NCBI GenBank assembly: GCA_964016885.1
Contig: OZ024746.1
Location: 39,494,001-39,558,000, forward strand
Direction of reading: 5' to 3'
Length of the DNA stretch: 64,000 nucleotides
Source of the DNA: Eledone cirrhosa
Taxonomy: Eukaryota
Shown here: positions 15,046 to 29,137 of the stretch, one piece after another
How the letters are laid out: each line of letters starts with the position of its first letter
How positions within the stretch are numbered: position 1 is the first letter of the stretch
Position numbers and translations under genes: made by a program
Notes under the pieces: generated by a model
Told to the model about the DNA's origin: nothing
What the model saw: only the letters and a program-made list of their open reading frames with translations
Databases searched by the model: none

Positions 15046-15225
15046 TTTGTTTACACTCGCGTCCCCTTTATTTACGTGTCCCAACGACTTTTTTTAGCCG
15101 TTGCTCGCACCAACCGGAGGTATATGGTCTTTAAAGCGATGAAATGCCTATGATGGTTGGAAGATCACTGATGAAAGACAAACTTTTTTCATATGTAACC
15201 CATTTGCAACTCCGCAGCGCCCTTA
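15043..15225. repeat. Unclassified dispersed repeat; second copy at about 63940-64000
   Basis: Shared GCGTCCCCTTTATTTACGTGTCCC.ACGACTTTTTTT. Confidence 0.6.
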
Positions 15226-15346
15226 TTATCATATATATATGTATATATATATATATATGGAGTAATGTAAAGGAGGGCTGAAGAACAGAAAGAGAGAGTG
15301 AGAGAGAGAGAGAGGGGGTAGAGAGAGAGAGATAGAGAGAGAGGGG

Positions 15347-15415
<69 letters not shown>

Positions 15416-16771
15416 TAAACGGAAGAAATAACCCCCCCCCTCTCTCTCTTTGACGAAAAAAAAAGAATAAATGAGAAAGGCAGATAAAGATAAACGGTCT
15501 CAATTGATGAAAGGTGATACTACAACATTCAATAAAACCAAATGAGTATTTTTATAAAATCGTTTTTATAACAAGTCCCAACAGAACAGTTATCTACAGC
15601 TGGTTTCCATGAAGAGTCAGAACCATCCAGTTATATACATAGTTACTGATAGACAGATTTTCCCATCTCTAAACGTTACAATACAAATATTTGAGTCATC
15701 CAGTACTGGAGTCTAACAAACTTGCGACGACCAGTGGCATTTGAGGAATTTTACTAAGCGTTATAGTGATCTGTAAATTACTCAGGTTGATTGTGCTGTT
15801 AATAGACGCAAGCTGGAGCGGTTAAACGGGGTATCTCTCTATCTGCAAGAGGAAATGGGGTGAAGGTGAGACTACCCAAAACTAAAAATAGTTTTCTTAC
15901 AAGAAGAGCTGCTAGATTTGACGACAGCACAGAAGATTTCAAACAAGCAGTAGATAGATAGTAAGACTGGTAAATGTTCGGGCGCCGTGGATTAGAAGAA
16001 TGCAACACCCACCACTCTCGGGAAACTGAATTTTTGTGTAGTTTCGATTCCAGTATATAGTTGCTTTCATTTGTAACGCTAATTGATTGCTTTAGAGAAA
16101 GATATGGTTATGAGAATTTCCATTTCTCCTTCGCCTAAGTATACATACAAACTTTCGTTCTTGTCTAAAGACAGAGAAATCGCTGTAAAACATAACACAG
16201 CGAACTATGTTCCGAAAATGGGCGTTTTTGTTAGCTTTTAGAAAAGACTACCGTTGAAATAATGCAAAAGATTTTACACATTTCTTCCTGAAGATTTATT
16301 ATATGTGTAAGGAGATGCTCTAGCATAACCTTGCCCGTGATGGCTAAAATAACCTAAAGTACTAAGAATAATTGGCTAAATGTTTTTCATAAATAAATAT
16401 GCATTCTGAAGTAAGAATTCATATCCTGTTATCTTATTTTTATGCATTTATATCTTATATCCTGTCTGATTTTGCCAACTGCTCACCTACCGCCCTCACT
16501 CCCAGTCTCTCAAAAGTATTTAGTTACGCTCCTTTATGTTCTGAGTTCAAGTTTTACTGAGGTTGACTTTGCTTTTCATATTTCCACAGTATATAAAATA
16601 AGTACCGATCGAGGACTGGGCTTTATATAATCGACTGAGGGCTGCTGAACAACACTTGCGCTTGGTGGCCCAACCGGCTGTGTAGTGATAGGCAGTTTCC
16701 GAACGGCGTACATCCACGTCGGCCTTTGGGCACCTTATTCTAAAGAAGTCTTGTGTGTATATGTATATAAG

Positions 16772-16896
<125 letters not shown>

Positions 16897-17029
16897 TGAG
16901 TAAAATAACAGGAGGCTGGACTTGTGAAATTCTTTAAAGATTTATTATAAACACTATGCACATTTCAATGACAGGGATCTGCAAGAACCCTATTATATCG
17001 TTTATCCGTGTTAATCATTCTTTATCTGT

Positions 17030-17064
<35 letters not shown>

Positions 17065-17125
17065 TGTGTGTGTGTGTGTGTGTATATACACATACACAGA
17101 CACAAATATATATATATATATATAT

Positions 17126-17298
17126 ATGTAAGCTATCGCCGTATTTGGACTAAAGAAATTAAAGAAATTATTTAGCCTGATAGTGGGGTTAAGAACCCTC
17201 GGAGAAATGGAAAAAGGTTCTCCGAGGGTTCTTAGCCCCACTATCAGGCTAAATAATTTCTTTAATTTCTTTAGTCCAAATACGGCGATAGCTTACAT
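17126..17298. repeat. Near-perfect palindrome in (TA)n (81-bp arms, 11-nt spacer)
   Basis: ..AAGAACCCTCGGAGAA-atggaaaaagg-TTCTCCGAGGGTTCTT.. Confidence 0.9.
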
Positions 17299-17341
17299 TT
17301 CTAATAATTTCAAACCCACTCGCTGTTTCGAAAATATTCTT

Positions 17342-17429
<88 letters not shown>

Positions 17430-17430
17430 T

Positions 17431-17600
<170 letters not shown>

Positions 17601-17671
17601 ATAAATATAGTTAAATCTGTATAAATACAGAATGTGTAACTGAGACGACACAAGCGTGTATAAATATATAT

Positions 17672-17720
17672 ACGTCTTCTGATGAGGGTCCAATAAGATC
17701 CGAAAATTGATTAAAGATGT
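17672..17720 (+). ncRNA. Canonical-core type I hammerhead motif
   Basis: ACGUCUU-CUGAUGA-GGGUCcaauaaGAUCC-GAAAAuugaUUA-AAGAUGU: 7-bp stem I, 5-bp stem II with G-C closing pair. Confidence 0.85.
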
Positions 17721-17865
17721 TTATCATTTTTTGAATTTACTGGCAAATTCGAATTTTCTGGCATGTTTACATTCCTTCAAATTAGATACATGCAGTCTTG
17801 GTTACACACTGTATTTATACAGATAATATATCTTTATCATACACTTCGGCTGCTAACGCACTCCC

Positions 17866-17901
<36 letters not shown>

Positions 17902-17974
17902 AACAAGGGGAGAAGAATACTGCATGGTTGCACATGGATTACATATTATAAAATTAGTCCCTCATCAGTGATTT

Positions 17975-18043
<69 letters not shown>

Positions 18044-18214
18044 ATGTGTTTGTGTCTATTATTCATTTAATCAATTTAAACACCCTTATCGAACTAGCAA
18101 ACCATGACAGACTAAAAGAGGTATCTAATACCGCTTACAATTAAGCAAAAACTAGAATGAAACAGAGAAAGAAAACAAAAGAAAGAAAGAAAGAGGACAA
18201 CGGGGGTAAAAGAA

Positions 18215-18278
<64 letters not shown>

Positions 18279-18417
18279 GGATACTATTTATGGTTATGTA
18301 TATACTAAAACTTTTTATAGTTATATATATTTTAAACCCTAAACAGTGAAGGTCAGTAATTTATTACTACCTTATTACCAGTAAGATAAATAGCTCAATG
18401 TAATAACAGAGCAGTTA

Positions 18418-19087
18418 TATAGAATTCACAAGAATCAAAGCTATGTTTAAAGCATTTATTCACTTACAATTGTTTCATCCAAACCTAGGCTTGGAATCTT
18501 CGGAGCATTATTCAATGTTTGTACACAAGATTGACCTCCTTTCCAACACAAGAGATATACAGATACATATGTATATATTGATGTACAGTGGAGTGACATA
18601 TATTATATTATATTTTTTGTATATGATACAGAAGTATGCGTGCAGAAAAATAGTATAAAGGAGAAGCAAAAGAAAGTGATGGTTTTTGTATCCACCACCA
18701 TTTTCACATTCAAGAAACGTAATATATAGTTTATACATCCTTCACATAATTAACGATGATTCCGTATTGGATGTTTGATGCATTAAATTAAATTATTTTT
18801 GCTTGTTGCGGCTCAGTGTTCTTTAATCCAATTTTATAGAGCAGGTTGTAAAATTACTCGCTTTAAGTGCTTCTATTACATTTGAATTGCTATACAGAAA
18901 TATAATATAATATATGTCACTCCACTGTACATCAATATATACATATGTATCTGTATATCTCTTGTGTTGGAAAGGAGGTCAATCTTGTGTACAAACATTG
19001 AATAATGCTCCGAAGATTCCAAGCCTAGGTTTGGATGAAACAATTGTAAGTGAATAAATGCTTTGAACATAGCTTTGATTCTTGTGA

Positions 19088-19095
<8 letters not shown>
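18418..19095. mobile_element. PLE-like element with about 200-bp inverted arms (18418-18622 and 18891-19095), each with a CCGAAGA-core HHR (18461-18507 on -, 19006-19052 on +)
   Basis: Near-identical inverted arms; UGCU-CCGAAGA-uUCCAAGCcuagGUUUGGAu-GAAACAAUUGUA-AGUG. Confidence 0.8.
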
Positions 19096-19124
<29 letters not shown>

Positions 19125-19132
<8 letters not shown>

Positions 19133-20100
19133 AAATAAGGTAGAGCAACAATAAAGTAGTGAAAGATTTCTGTTGTTGTATCTTTTCGTAGTCCCATGTA
19201 GTGAAATATCTTTTTTATAGTTGGTAGATCTTTGACAATATATTGCACTACCAATGCTGGTAGTTTTAAAAAACCGGCTTCAAGATGTCTTCTTTCTCAG
19301 ATTCGTAGTTTCTCCATTGGAACAAATAGTACCATAGAGTTTTAGGGTAGTCTCCACAAGAACATAAAGGTGATTTTATAGGACATATTCGTGATAAAAT
19401 ATAGTTCAACGGTATATAGCCCACTGGAAGTCATACAGTTCTAAAGCTTGACACATCTGGCTTAGACAATAGAGGATTGAAATTTGAGAGCTTATCTCTA
19501 AGTCTAAAAATCTAAGGTCTGTCTCGAGAGTCTGGAGGCTCATCAGGCCAGTCCTTATTCCGGTTTCCGTGGCGTTAAGTGGCTGAGTGTACATGACTTA
19601 TCTCTGGATATGACGCTGGTCCATCGCAGGGTTGAACTCCCAGCTATTGCTGGTACTCATTTTCAGCTGAGTATACTGAAACAATATGAAATGAAGTGTT
19701 TTGTTCAAGAAAGAACACCAAATAACACAGTCCAGGAATCGAACCCATGGCATTGAGATCGTAAGTCCAACGCGCGCTTCCACCCAGAGAGTCTTCCCCA
19801 AATTTTACGCACTCTTGACCTTTTGCTAAATGATTTGATTTGCGATAAATTTAGAATGTAATCTACATTTATTATTTTCCTCTGTGCTCCCTTCTTTGCT
19901 AATTCATCTACTTTCTTATCTCTCCTAATATTTACATGCCCTCCTATATAAATCGTTATTTGTATATTATTTTCTGAAAGATACTTATCTATTTTTGAGC
20001 AAAACACTCTCAATATCTCTAACACCTCTTTTTTTCTTGGTTGAAGTAGTTCTAAGTTCGATAAACTATTAGTAAATAGAAAACCTTTTTCCCATGGCAT
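19125..20100 (-). mobile_element. I/Nimb-like LINE 3' fragment (RNase H plus C-terminal zinc-knuckle remnant), interrupted by a SINE
   Basis: FTNSLSNL..GGHVNIRRDKKVDELAKKG resembles the RNase HI GH.GI.GNE.AD.LAK motif; downstream LNYILSRI..SPLCSCG. Confidence 0.7.
19534..19786 (-). mobile_element. SINE family 2 (tRNA head, CORE-like central domain) with 8-bp target-site duplication
   Basis: GGTTCGATTCC B box; GAGAGTCT duplicated at 19526-19533 and 19787-19794. Confidence 0.8.
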
Positions 20101-20384
20101 TTCTTAGCCGAGTTTATAGATGATATAATTCGCCACCATCCTACATTAAATATGAAATCCTAATGTAATCTCAACCTAATATTTGTATTATTATTTTCGA
20201 GTGACCTAGTCGTTCCACACCCTACTCGGTGTACATCTAATGATATGTTTGTGTAACCCATCATTTTTAACCCTGAACAACTTGACAAAAAAGACACGCA
20301 CAATACGTACAGATAGAAAGTATAGTGTTTTAACCCTTTTCTCCGGATGGAATCGTAAGGGCACAATTATTACATTGGTGACAG

Positions 20385-20597
20385 GCTGGTGAATTGGCAG
20401 TATCAGTAGAGCGTCGTACAACATGTTTTGCAGCATAGAGTTACGACCTTTTACGTTCTGAGTTCAAATTCCGCCGAGGCTCGCTTTATCTTTCATGCTT
20501 ACGGGGTCGATAAAATAAGTACCAGTAGCGTATTCGGGACGATTGACTTTTCCCTTCCCTTCAAATTGCTGGCCTTGTGCCAAAAGTTGAAACCATT
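20385..20597 (+). mobile_element. SINE family 1 copy
   Basis: A and B boxes and core as at 61872. Confidence 0.8.
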
Positions 20598-20697
20598 TTT
20601 ATATATGGCATATCCTAGACATTTAAACTTCGCGGAGTTTATCCTTCTCCATGTCACCCGATTTCTTCCAGCGAATGAAAGATATATATATATATTA

Positions 20698-20855
<158 letters not shown>

Positions 20856-20859
20856 TGGA

Positions 20860-21298
20860 ACAGGTAAAAGAGTAAAAGAGTATATAGGAAAAGAATCAGG
20901 ACTCCGACGGCTGAGCTCCGGCCGTATCGACAGCTAGATCCGATCAGTTCGGATCTAGCTGTCGAAACGGCCGGAGCTCAGTCGTCAGGGTCCTGACTAT
21001 TTTCCTATTACCCACTCTACTTCCCTAAGTATGGAGTACTCTGGTGCGTTATGGTCCACCTGGTTCCTTACCACACTTTCTGCCGATTATTTAGTCGAGT
21101 AAGATCGATCGAACCTTGAGCTGATCAGTGGCGAAACGCACGTCACACCTACCAATAAATGTAATGAAGGAGTAACCAATCGTCCTTGTTATCCTTTCAA
21201 TATATTACACTCTGTATAGCTCTACACCTCAACACAGAAGTGAACCTAAGTATCGAGTGCTCACCCGGGTGAACCTGCAGTAACTCCAAGTTACACTC

Positions 21299-21302
<4 letters not shown>
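20860..21302. mobile_element. Composite of a family A fold-back (palindrome 20884-21008) and a 63.5-kb-family segment, between (TA)n tracts
   Basis: About 21085-21302 matches 63630-63852; contains GAAACGCACGTC hammerhead 3' half. Confidence 0.7.
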
Positions 21303-21373
<71 letters not shown>

Positions 21374-21535
21374 TTATTAAAATAACAGATTAAAGTTTAA
21401 GCAAAGAATCGCTGCTTTCACCCTTCTGAAACTAACAAAGTCAATCTGCTCTACGGTTCTTATATATTTGATATTTTTGATATTTTCCTTATCGAGCCCT
21501 CTTTGGATTTTAGTCTTCAATTTTATTATTATTAC

Positions 21536-21579
<44 letters not shown>

Positions 21580-21704
21580 CTATTTAGATTCAGTTTCTTC
21601 CAGAACAAATTTATATTTTCCATTTAACAAAATCTTATTTCTCAGTATTTATCTTCACACGATTAGAAATGTAAAAAATTTTACTACAGTTTCATTACGT
21701 GAAA

Positions 21705-21891
21705 TAATTATTTTACTTTTGGCACAAGGCCAGCAATTACATAGTGTATTACTGTTACTTTATTTTATCGAGCCTGTAAGGATGATAGGCAAAGTTAACC
21801 TCGGCGGGATTTGAACTCAGACCATAATGGGCCGTAACTCTTTGCTGCAAAGCATCGCGTCCGACCCTCTACCGATACTGCCAATCCACCG
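21705..21891 (-). mobile_element. SINE family 1 copy
   Basis: Reverse complement of the 61872 element. Confidence 0.85.
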
Positions 21892-23029
21892 TGAAATAAT
21901 GTATTTTATAATGATGTGAAATATCTCTAAACTGACTATAACTTTTGTTGACTTTATGTTTAAGTATACGTACAATATTGATAGAAGTATAGTTCTGTTT
22001 CAAATTAAAATATCAGTTGAAGTCATACTACAAAACAAGTTAATTATTATGGCATCTCACCAAAAGAATTGTTATAAACCTGTCGACACTAAAAGCGTAT
22101 ATAGTGGATAATATTTTAGCTGCGGGGTTTGAATATTTTGTTGACAACGGGTTCATCCCGTTGAGTTCCTGACCTCAATTAATTCATTATATATTTTGAG
22201 AAACGTATTTTTTCATTTCAATTTAATTATTGGAGACAGCTTTGATATTAAATTCTTTATACTTGTGATTTTATGGATTGTGTAGTTGGTGCAATCTCAT
22301 TAATTTTATGGCTAAATACAGGCATACATTATATGTTGTAATGTAAAGAGATGTCTGCTCGTTGAATCTTCAGTTGCATTGACAGCTGCCAAACAGGCTC
22401 TTCTTTAAATATATATATTAGACACCAACGTATTAAAACCCGTTTCTCAAGGGCATATTATGGAAAAAAGGGAAAGGAATCTTCGCTCCCTTAATATTTT
22501 TATCAGGGCTGTTGATCTCAAACGAATGTTTAACCAATTCTTTTTTAACAGTAGCACGTAGCCGACAACCAATACTTCAGTCTCCTGTGGGTATAATGAA
22601 AGATAATTGTTAGAAAACGAAGAGACTTGTGATACTTTGTGGCAGCAAGAATCAATCCAGCAAAAAATAAAATGTGAGATATGTGCTCTCATAGAGAAGA
22701 AATGCCTAACATTTTGAAAAGAACCTTTCATATCTATTTCTTCTATATGGTCTCTTCTCAACAAAACGTTAGGTAGACGTTTCACACAGCCATCTTACTT
22801 TCGACTGCTGTAGTAAAGAGAATAACACAAGAAGAGAAATACCTTTGCCTAGAACACACTACAACGAATATATTTTTAATTCATTTATTGAGAATAAATT
22901 GATTTTTGTTTTTAGTTAGACGTATCGATAATACTGAACTAATGTTTTCAAATTGCTACAAACACTAGGAATCATAATTTCGATGTTGTCGAGCTCATAC
23001 ATCATTCATTATAAAACCTGCATCCCAAT

Positions 23030-23400
23030 GGTGTGCTTTCTTCAATGATTAGTAGTTAAATCTCTACAAATCTTAACTATGATCCACATGAGAATAATTC
23101 ACACATACCTGAGAAGGTATGGTTCCTACACTCGTAAAAGTCGTAGACCGGCAGATTGGCAAATATCCAGTCACTAACTCGATACCGATACAATCAGTGA
23201 TTCTTCTCGTTGTTTCTTCAACCGCTGCTACAAAGGTGTCTTCTCCTAACCAAATAGCTGCATCCCACATTACCAAAAGCACGCTTTCTTTTTTCATCAT
23301 GCACATACCGCACTAAACACTTCATGCAATCAATCCTCTGTCTGGAAATCCCTCCCCATTCACGTTTTCCCTTCTAAAGACAACCATCATCATATGGAAT
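23030..23400 (-). pseudogene. Possible decayed Merlin/ISXO2-like DDE transposase fragment
   Basis: CGMC..KKE..L, T.RITDC and YSHVDHS resemble the GG..R..K..F, GT.I.SD.W and Y.H..VNHS motifs in order. Confidence 0.4.
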
Positions 23401-23850
23401 ACACCAGTCTTACAGAACTTACAGAATCATTCAATACAACCTTCTGAATAATTAGACTAATTATTGATAATACAATAGCCGTACTTTAAGTATTGTTTAT
23501 TTTTCAGGTTGCTACAACAGGTATAGACACTCCAAAGCAATTAGACAATCTTAAGCACACAATGTCATTGATATAGACGTAACAAACATAGTCTCTCCGA
23601 TTCAGGAGAGTCTTCTATGAAAAATTAATAATAGAAATTAAAGATGTAATATGGTTGCTTTCACTTCGGTTATGTGTTTACATATTTCGTATGAAAACAC
23701 ACGAACATATGCTTATCTCTTATTCTCGCTGCTGACTTGTTCTTTCTGTCCCACTTTTACTTTCCCATTGAAACCAATCCATATTTAGCCATGATAAACG
23801 CATACACAATGGCACGTACGCAAGCACACACACACACATACACACATATA

Positions 23851-23880
<30 letters not shown>

Positions 23881-23890
<10 letters not shown>

Positions 23891-26800
23891 AATATAGACA
23901 TAGAATATTCGAAAATATTCTGTATGTTTATAATAAACATTTTGAAGACCTAATCGCTATAGAATAGAATACGTCACGTATTACAATTAGATTCTCGATA
24001 AAAGCAAGGGAAGTAATCTACGCGTTTCATTCTTATTAGAAATCTTCAGGACTACATATCCAGTGCTTTTATCGAGAATGACACAGCTAGAGACTTATAG
24101 AATACTTAGCTGTGTACATGAACTGGTTTGAAAGAGCGGTTGCCGGTCCGGCAGAAATTAGAAATTGGAATAAATGCTCTGAAATAGCGATATATATGTG
24201 AATATAGACATAGAATATTCGAAAATATTCTGTATGTTTATAATAAACATTTTGAAGACCTAATCGCTATAGAATAGAATACGTCACGTATTACAATTAG
24301 ATTCTCGATAAAAGCAAGGGAAGTAATCTACGCGTTTCATTCTTATTAGAAATCTTCAGGACTACATATCCAGTGCTTTTATCGAGAATGACACAGCTAG
24401 AGACTTATAGAATACTTAGCTGTGTACATGAACTGGTTTGAAAGAGCGGTTGCCGGTCCGGCAGAAATTAGAAATTGGAATAAATGCTCTGAAATAGCGA
24501 TATATATGTGAATATAGACATAGAATATTCGAAAATATTCTGTATGTTTATAATAAACATTTTGAAGACCTAATCGCTATAGAATAGAATACGTCACGTA
24601 TTACAATTAGATTCTCGATAAAAGCAAGGGAAGTAATCTACGCGTTTCATTCTTATTAGAAATCTTCAGGACTACATATCCAGTGCTTTTATCGAGAATG
24701 ACACAGCTAGAGACTTATAGAATACTTAGCTGTGTACATGAACTGGTTTGAAAGAGCGGTTGCCGGTCCGGCAGAAATTAGAAATTGGAATAAATGCTCT
24801 GAAATAGCGATATATATGTGAATATAGACATAGAATATTCGAAAATATTCTGTATGTTTATAATAAACATTTTGAAGACCTAATCGCTATAGAATAGAAT
24901 ACGTCACGTATTACAATTAGATTCTCGATAAAAGCAAGGGAAGTAATCTACGCGTTTCATTCTTATTAGAAATCTTCAGGACTACATATCCAGTGCTTTT
25001 ATCGAGAATGACACAGCTAGAGACTTATAGAATACTTAGCTGTGTACATGAACTGGTTTGAAAGAGCGGTTGCCGGTCCGGCAGAAATTAGAAATTGGAA
25101 TAAATGCTCTGAAATAGCGATATATATGTGAATATAGACATAGAATATTCGAAAATATTCTGTATGTTTATAATAAACATTTTGAAGACCTAATCGCTAT
25201 AGAATAGAATACGTCACGTATTACAATTAGATTCTCGATAAAAGCAAGGGAAGTAATCTACGCGTTTCATTCTTATTAGAAATCTTCAGGACTACATATC
25301 CAGTGCTTTTATCGAGAATGACACAGCTAGAGACTTATAGAATACTTAGCTGTGTACATGAACTGGTTTGAAAGAGCGGTTGCCGGTCCGGCAGAAATTA
25401 GAAATTGGAATAAATGCTCTGAAATAGCGATATATATGTGAATATAGACATAGAATATTCGAAAATATTCTGTATGTTTATAATAAACATTTTGAAGACC
25501 TAATCGCTATAGAATAGAATACGTCACGTATTACAATTAGATTCTCGATAAAAGCAAGGGAAGTAATCTACGCGTTTCATTCTTATTAGAAATCTTCAGG
25601 ACTACATATCCAGTGCTTTTATCGAGAATGACACAGCTAGAGACTTATAGAATACTTAGCTGTGTACATGAACTGGTTTGAAAGAGCGGTTGCCGGTCCG
25701 GCAGAAATTAGAAATTGGAATAAATGCTCTGAAATAGCGATATATATGTGAATATAGACATAGAATATTCGAAAATATTCTGTATGTTTATAATAAACAT
25801 TTTGAAGACCTAATCGCTATAGAATAGAATACGTCACGTATTACAATTAGATTCTCGATAAAAGCAAGGGAAGTAATCTACGCGTTTCATTCTTATTAGA
25901 AATCTTCAGGACTACATATCCAGTACTTTTATCGAGAATGACACAGCTAGAGACTTATAGAATACTTAGCTGTGTACATGAACTGGTTTGAAAGAGCGGT
26001 TGCCGGTCCGGCAGAAATTAGAAATTGGAATAAATGCTCTGAAATAGCGATATATATGTGAATATAGACATAGAATATTCGAAAATATTCTGTATGTTTA
26101 TAATAAACATTTTGAAGACCTAATCGCTATAGAATAGAATACGTCACGTATTACAATTAGATTCTCGATAAAAGCAAGGGAAGTAATCTACGCGTTTCAT
26201 TCTTATTAGAAATCTTCAGGACTACATATCCAGTGCTTTTATCGAGAATGACACAGCTAGAGACTTATAGAATACTTAGCTGTGTACATGAACTGGTTTG
26301 AAAGAGCGGTTGCCGGTCCGGCAGAAATTAGAAATTGGAATAAATGCTCTGAAATAGCGATATATATGTGAATATAGACATAGAATATTCGAAAATATTC
26401 TGTATGTTTATAATAAACATTTTGAAGACCTAATCGCTATAGAATAGAATACGTCACGTATTACAATTAGATTCTCGATAAAAGCAAGGGAAGTAATCTA
26501 CGCGTTTCATTCTTATTAGAAATCTTCAGGACTACATATCCAGTGCTTTTATCGAGAATGACACAGCTAGAGACTTATAGAATACTTAGCTGTGTACATG
26601 AACTGGTTTGAAAGAGCGGTTGCCGGTCCGGCAGAAATTAGAAATTGGAATAAATGCTCTGAAATAGCGATATATATGTGAATATAGACATAGAATATTC
26701 GAAAATATTCTGTATGTTTATAATAAACATTTTGAAGACCTAATCGCTATAGAATAGAATACGTCACGTATTACAATTAGATTCTCGATAAAAGCAAGGG

Positions 26801-29137
26801 AAGTAATCTACGCGTTTCATTCTTATTAGAAATCTTCAGGACTACATATCCAGTGCTTTAATCGAGAATGACACAGCTAGAGACTTATAGAATACTTAGC
26901 TGTGTACATGAACTGGTTTGAAAGAGCGGTTGCCGGTCCGGCAGAAATTAGAAATTGGAATAAATGCTCTGAAATAGCGATATATATGTGAATATAGACA
27001 TAGAATATTCGAAAATATTCTGTATGTTTATAATAAACATTTTGAAGACCTAATCGCTATAGAATAGAATACGTCACGTATTACAATTAGATTCTCGATA
27101 AAAGCAAGGGAAGTAATCTACGCGTTTCATTCTTATTAGAAATCTTCAGGACTACATATCCAGTGCTTTTATCGAGAATGACACAGCTAGAGACTTATAG
27201 AATACTTAGCTGTGTACATGAACTTCGAATATTCTATGTCTATATTCACATATATATCGCTATTTCAGAGCATTTATTCCAATTTCTAATTTCTGCCGGA
27301 CCGGCAACCGCTCTTTCAAACCAGTTCATGTACACAGCTAAGTATTCTATAAGTCTCTAGCTGTGTCATTCTCGATAAAAGCACTGGATATGTAGTCCTG
27401 AAGATTTCTAATAAGAATGAAACGCGTAGATTACTTCCCTTGCTTTTATCGAGAATCTAATTGTAATACGTGACGTATTCTATTCTATAGCGATTAGGTC
27501 TTCAAAATGTTTATTATAAACATACAGAATATTTTCGAATATTCTATGTCTATATTCACATATATATCGCTATTTCAGAGCATTTATTCCAATTTCTAAT
27601 TTCTGCCGGACCGGCAACCGCTCTTTCAAACCAGTTCATGTACACAGCTAAGTATTCTATAAGTCTCTAGCTGTGTCATTCTCGATAAAAGCACTGGATA
27701 TGTAGTCCTGAAAATTTCTAATAAGAATGAAACGCGTAGATTACTTCCCTTGCTTTTATCGAGAATCTAATTGTAATACGTGACGTATTCTATTCTATAG
27801 CGATTAGGTCTTCAAAATGTTTATTATAAACATACAGAATATTTTCGAATATTCTATGTCTATATTCACATATATATCGCTATTTCAGAGCATTTATTCC
27901 AATTTCTAATTTCTGCCGGACCGGCAACCGCTCTTTCAAACCAGTTCATGTACACAGCTAAGTATTCTATAAGTCTCTAGCTGTGTCATTCTCGATAAAA
28001 GCACTGGATATGTAGTCCTGAAGATTTCTAATAAGAATGAAACGCGTAGATTACTTCCCTTGCTTTTATCGAGAATCTAATTGTAATACGTGACGTATTC
28101 TATTCTATAGCGATTAGGTCTTCAAAATGTTTATTATAAACATACAGAATATTTTCGAATATTCTATGTCTATATTCACATATATATCGCTATTTCAGAG
28201 CATTTATTCCAATTTCTAATTTCTGCCGGACCGGCAACCGCTCTTTCAAACCAGTTCATGTACACAGCTAAGTATTCTATAAGTCTCTAGCTGTGTCATT
28301 CTCGATAAAAGCACTGGATATGTAGTCCTGAAGATTTCTAATAAGAATGAAACGCGTAGATTACTTCCCTTGCTTTTATCGAGAATCTAATTGTAATACG
28401 TGACGTATTCTATTCTATAGCGATTAGGTCTTCAAAATGTTTATTATAAACATACAGAATATTTTCGAATATTCTATGTCTATATTCACATATATATCGC
28501 TATTTCAGAGCATTTATTCCAATTTCTAATTTCTGCCGGACCGGCAACCGCTCTTTCAAACCAGTTCATGTACACAGCTAAGTATTCTATAAGTCTCTAG
28601 CTGTGTCATTCTCGATAAAAGCACTGGATATGTAGTCCTGAAGATTTCTAATAAGAATGAAACGCGTAGATTACTTCCCTTGCTTTTATCGAGAATCTAA
28701 TTGTAATACGTGACGTATTCTATTCTATAGCGATTAGGTCTTCAAAATGTTTATTATAAACATACAGAATATTTTCGAATATTCTATGTCTATATTCACA
28801 TATATATCGCTATTTCAGAGCATTTATTCCAATTTCTAATTTCTGCCGGACCGGCAACCGCTCTTTCAAACCAGTTCATGTACACAGCTAAGTATTCTAT
28901 AAGTCTCTAGCTGTGTCATTCTCGATAAAAGCACTGGATATGTAGTCCTGAAGATTTCTAATAAGAATGAAACGCGTAGATTACTTCCCTTGCTTTTATC
29001 GAGAATCTAATTGTAATACGTGACGTATTCTATTCTATAGCGATTAGGTCTTCAAAATGTTTATTATAAACATACAGAATATTTTCGAATATTCTATGTC
29101 TATATTCACATATATATCGCTATTTCAGAGCATTTAT

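Noticed and set aside
17915-17975. CTGATGAGGGAC on the - strand
   Set aside because: GAAA replaced by GCAA and stems poor; at most a decayed relic.
19534-19550. CTGATGAG on the - strand as a hammerhead
   Set aside because: Lies in the SINE tail; no GAAA or stems follow.
21385-21450. CAGATT..GAAACT..AGTC-AATCTG hammerhead-like frame
   Set aside because: Stems I and III fit but no CUGANGA-like core is present.
22447-22785. 112-aa - strand ORF
   Set aside because: No recognisable motif or splice context.
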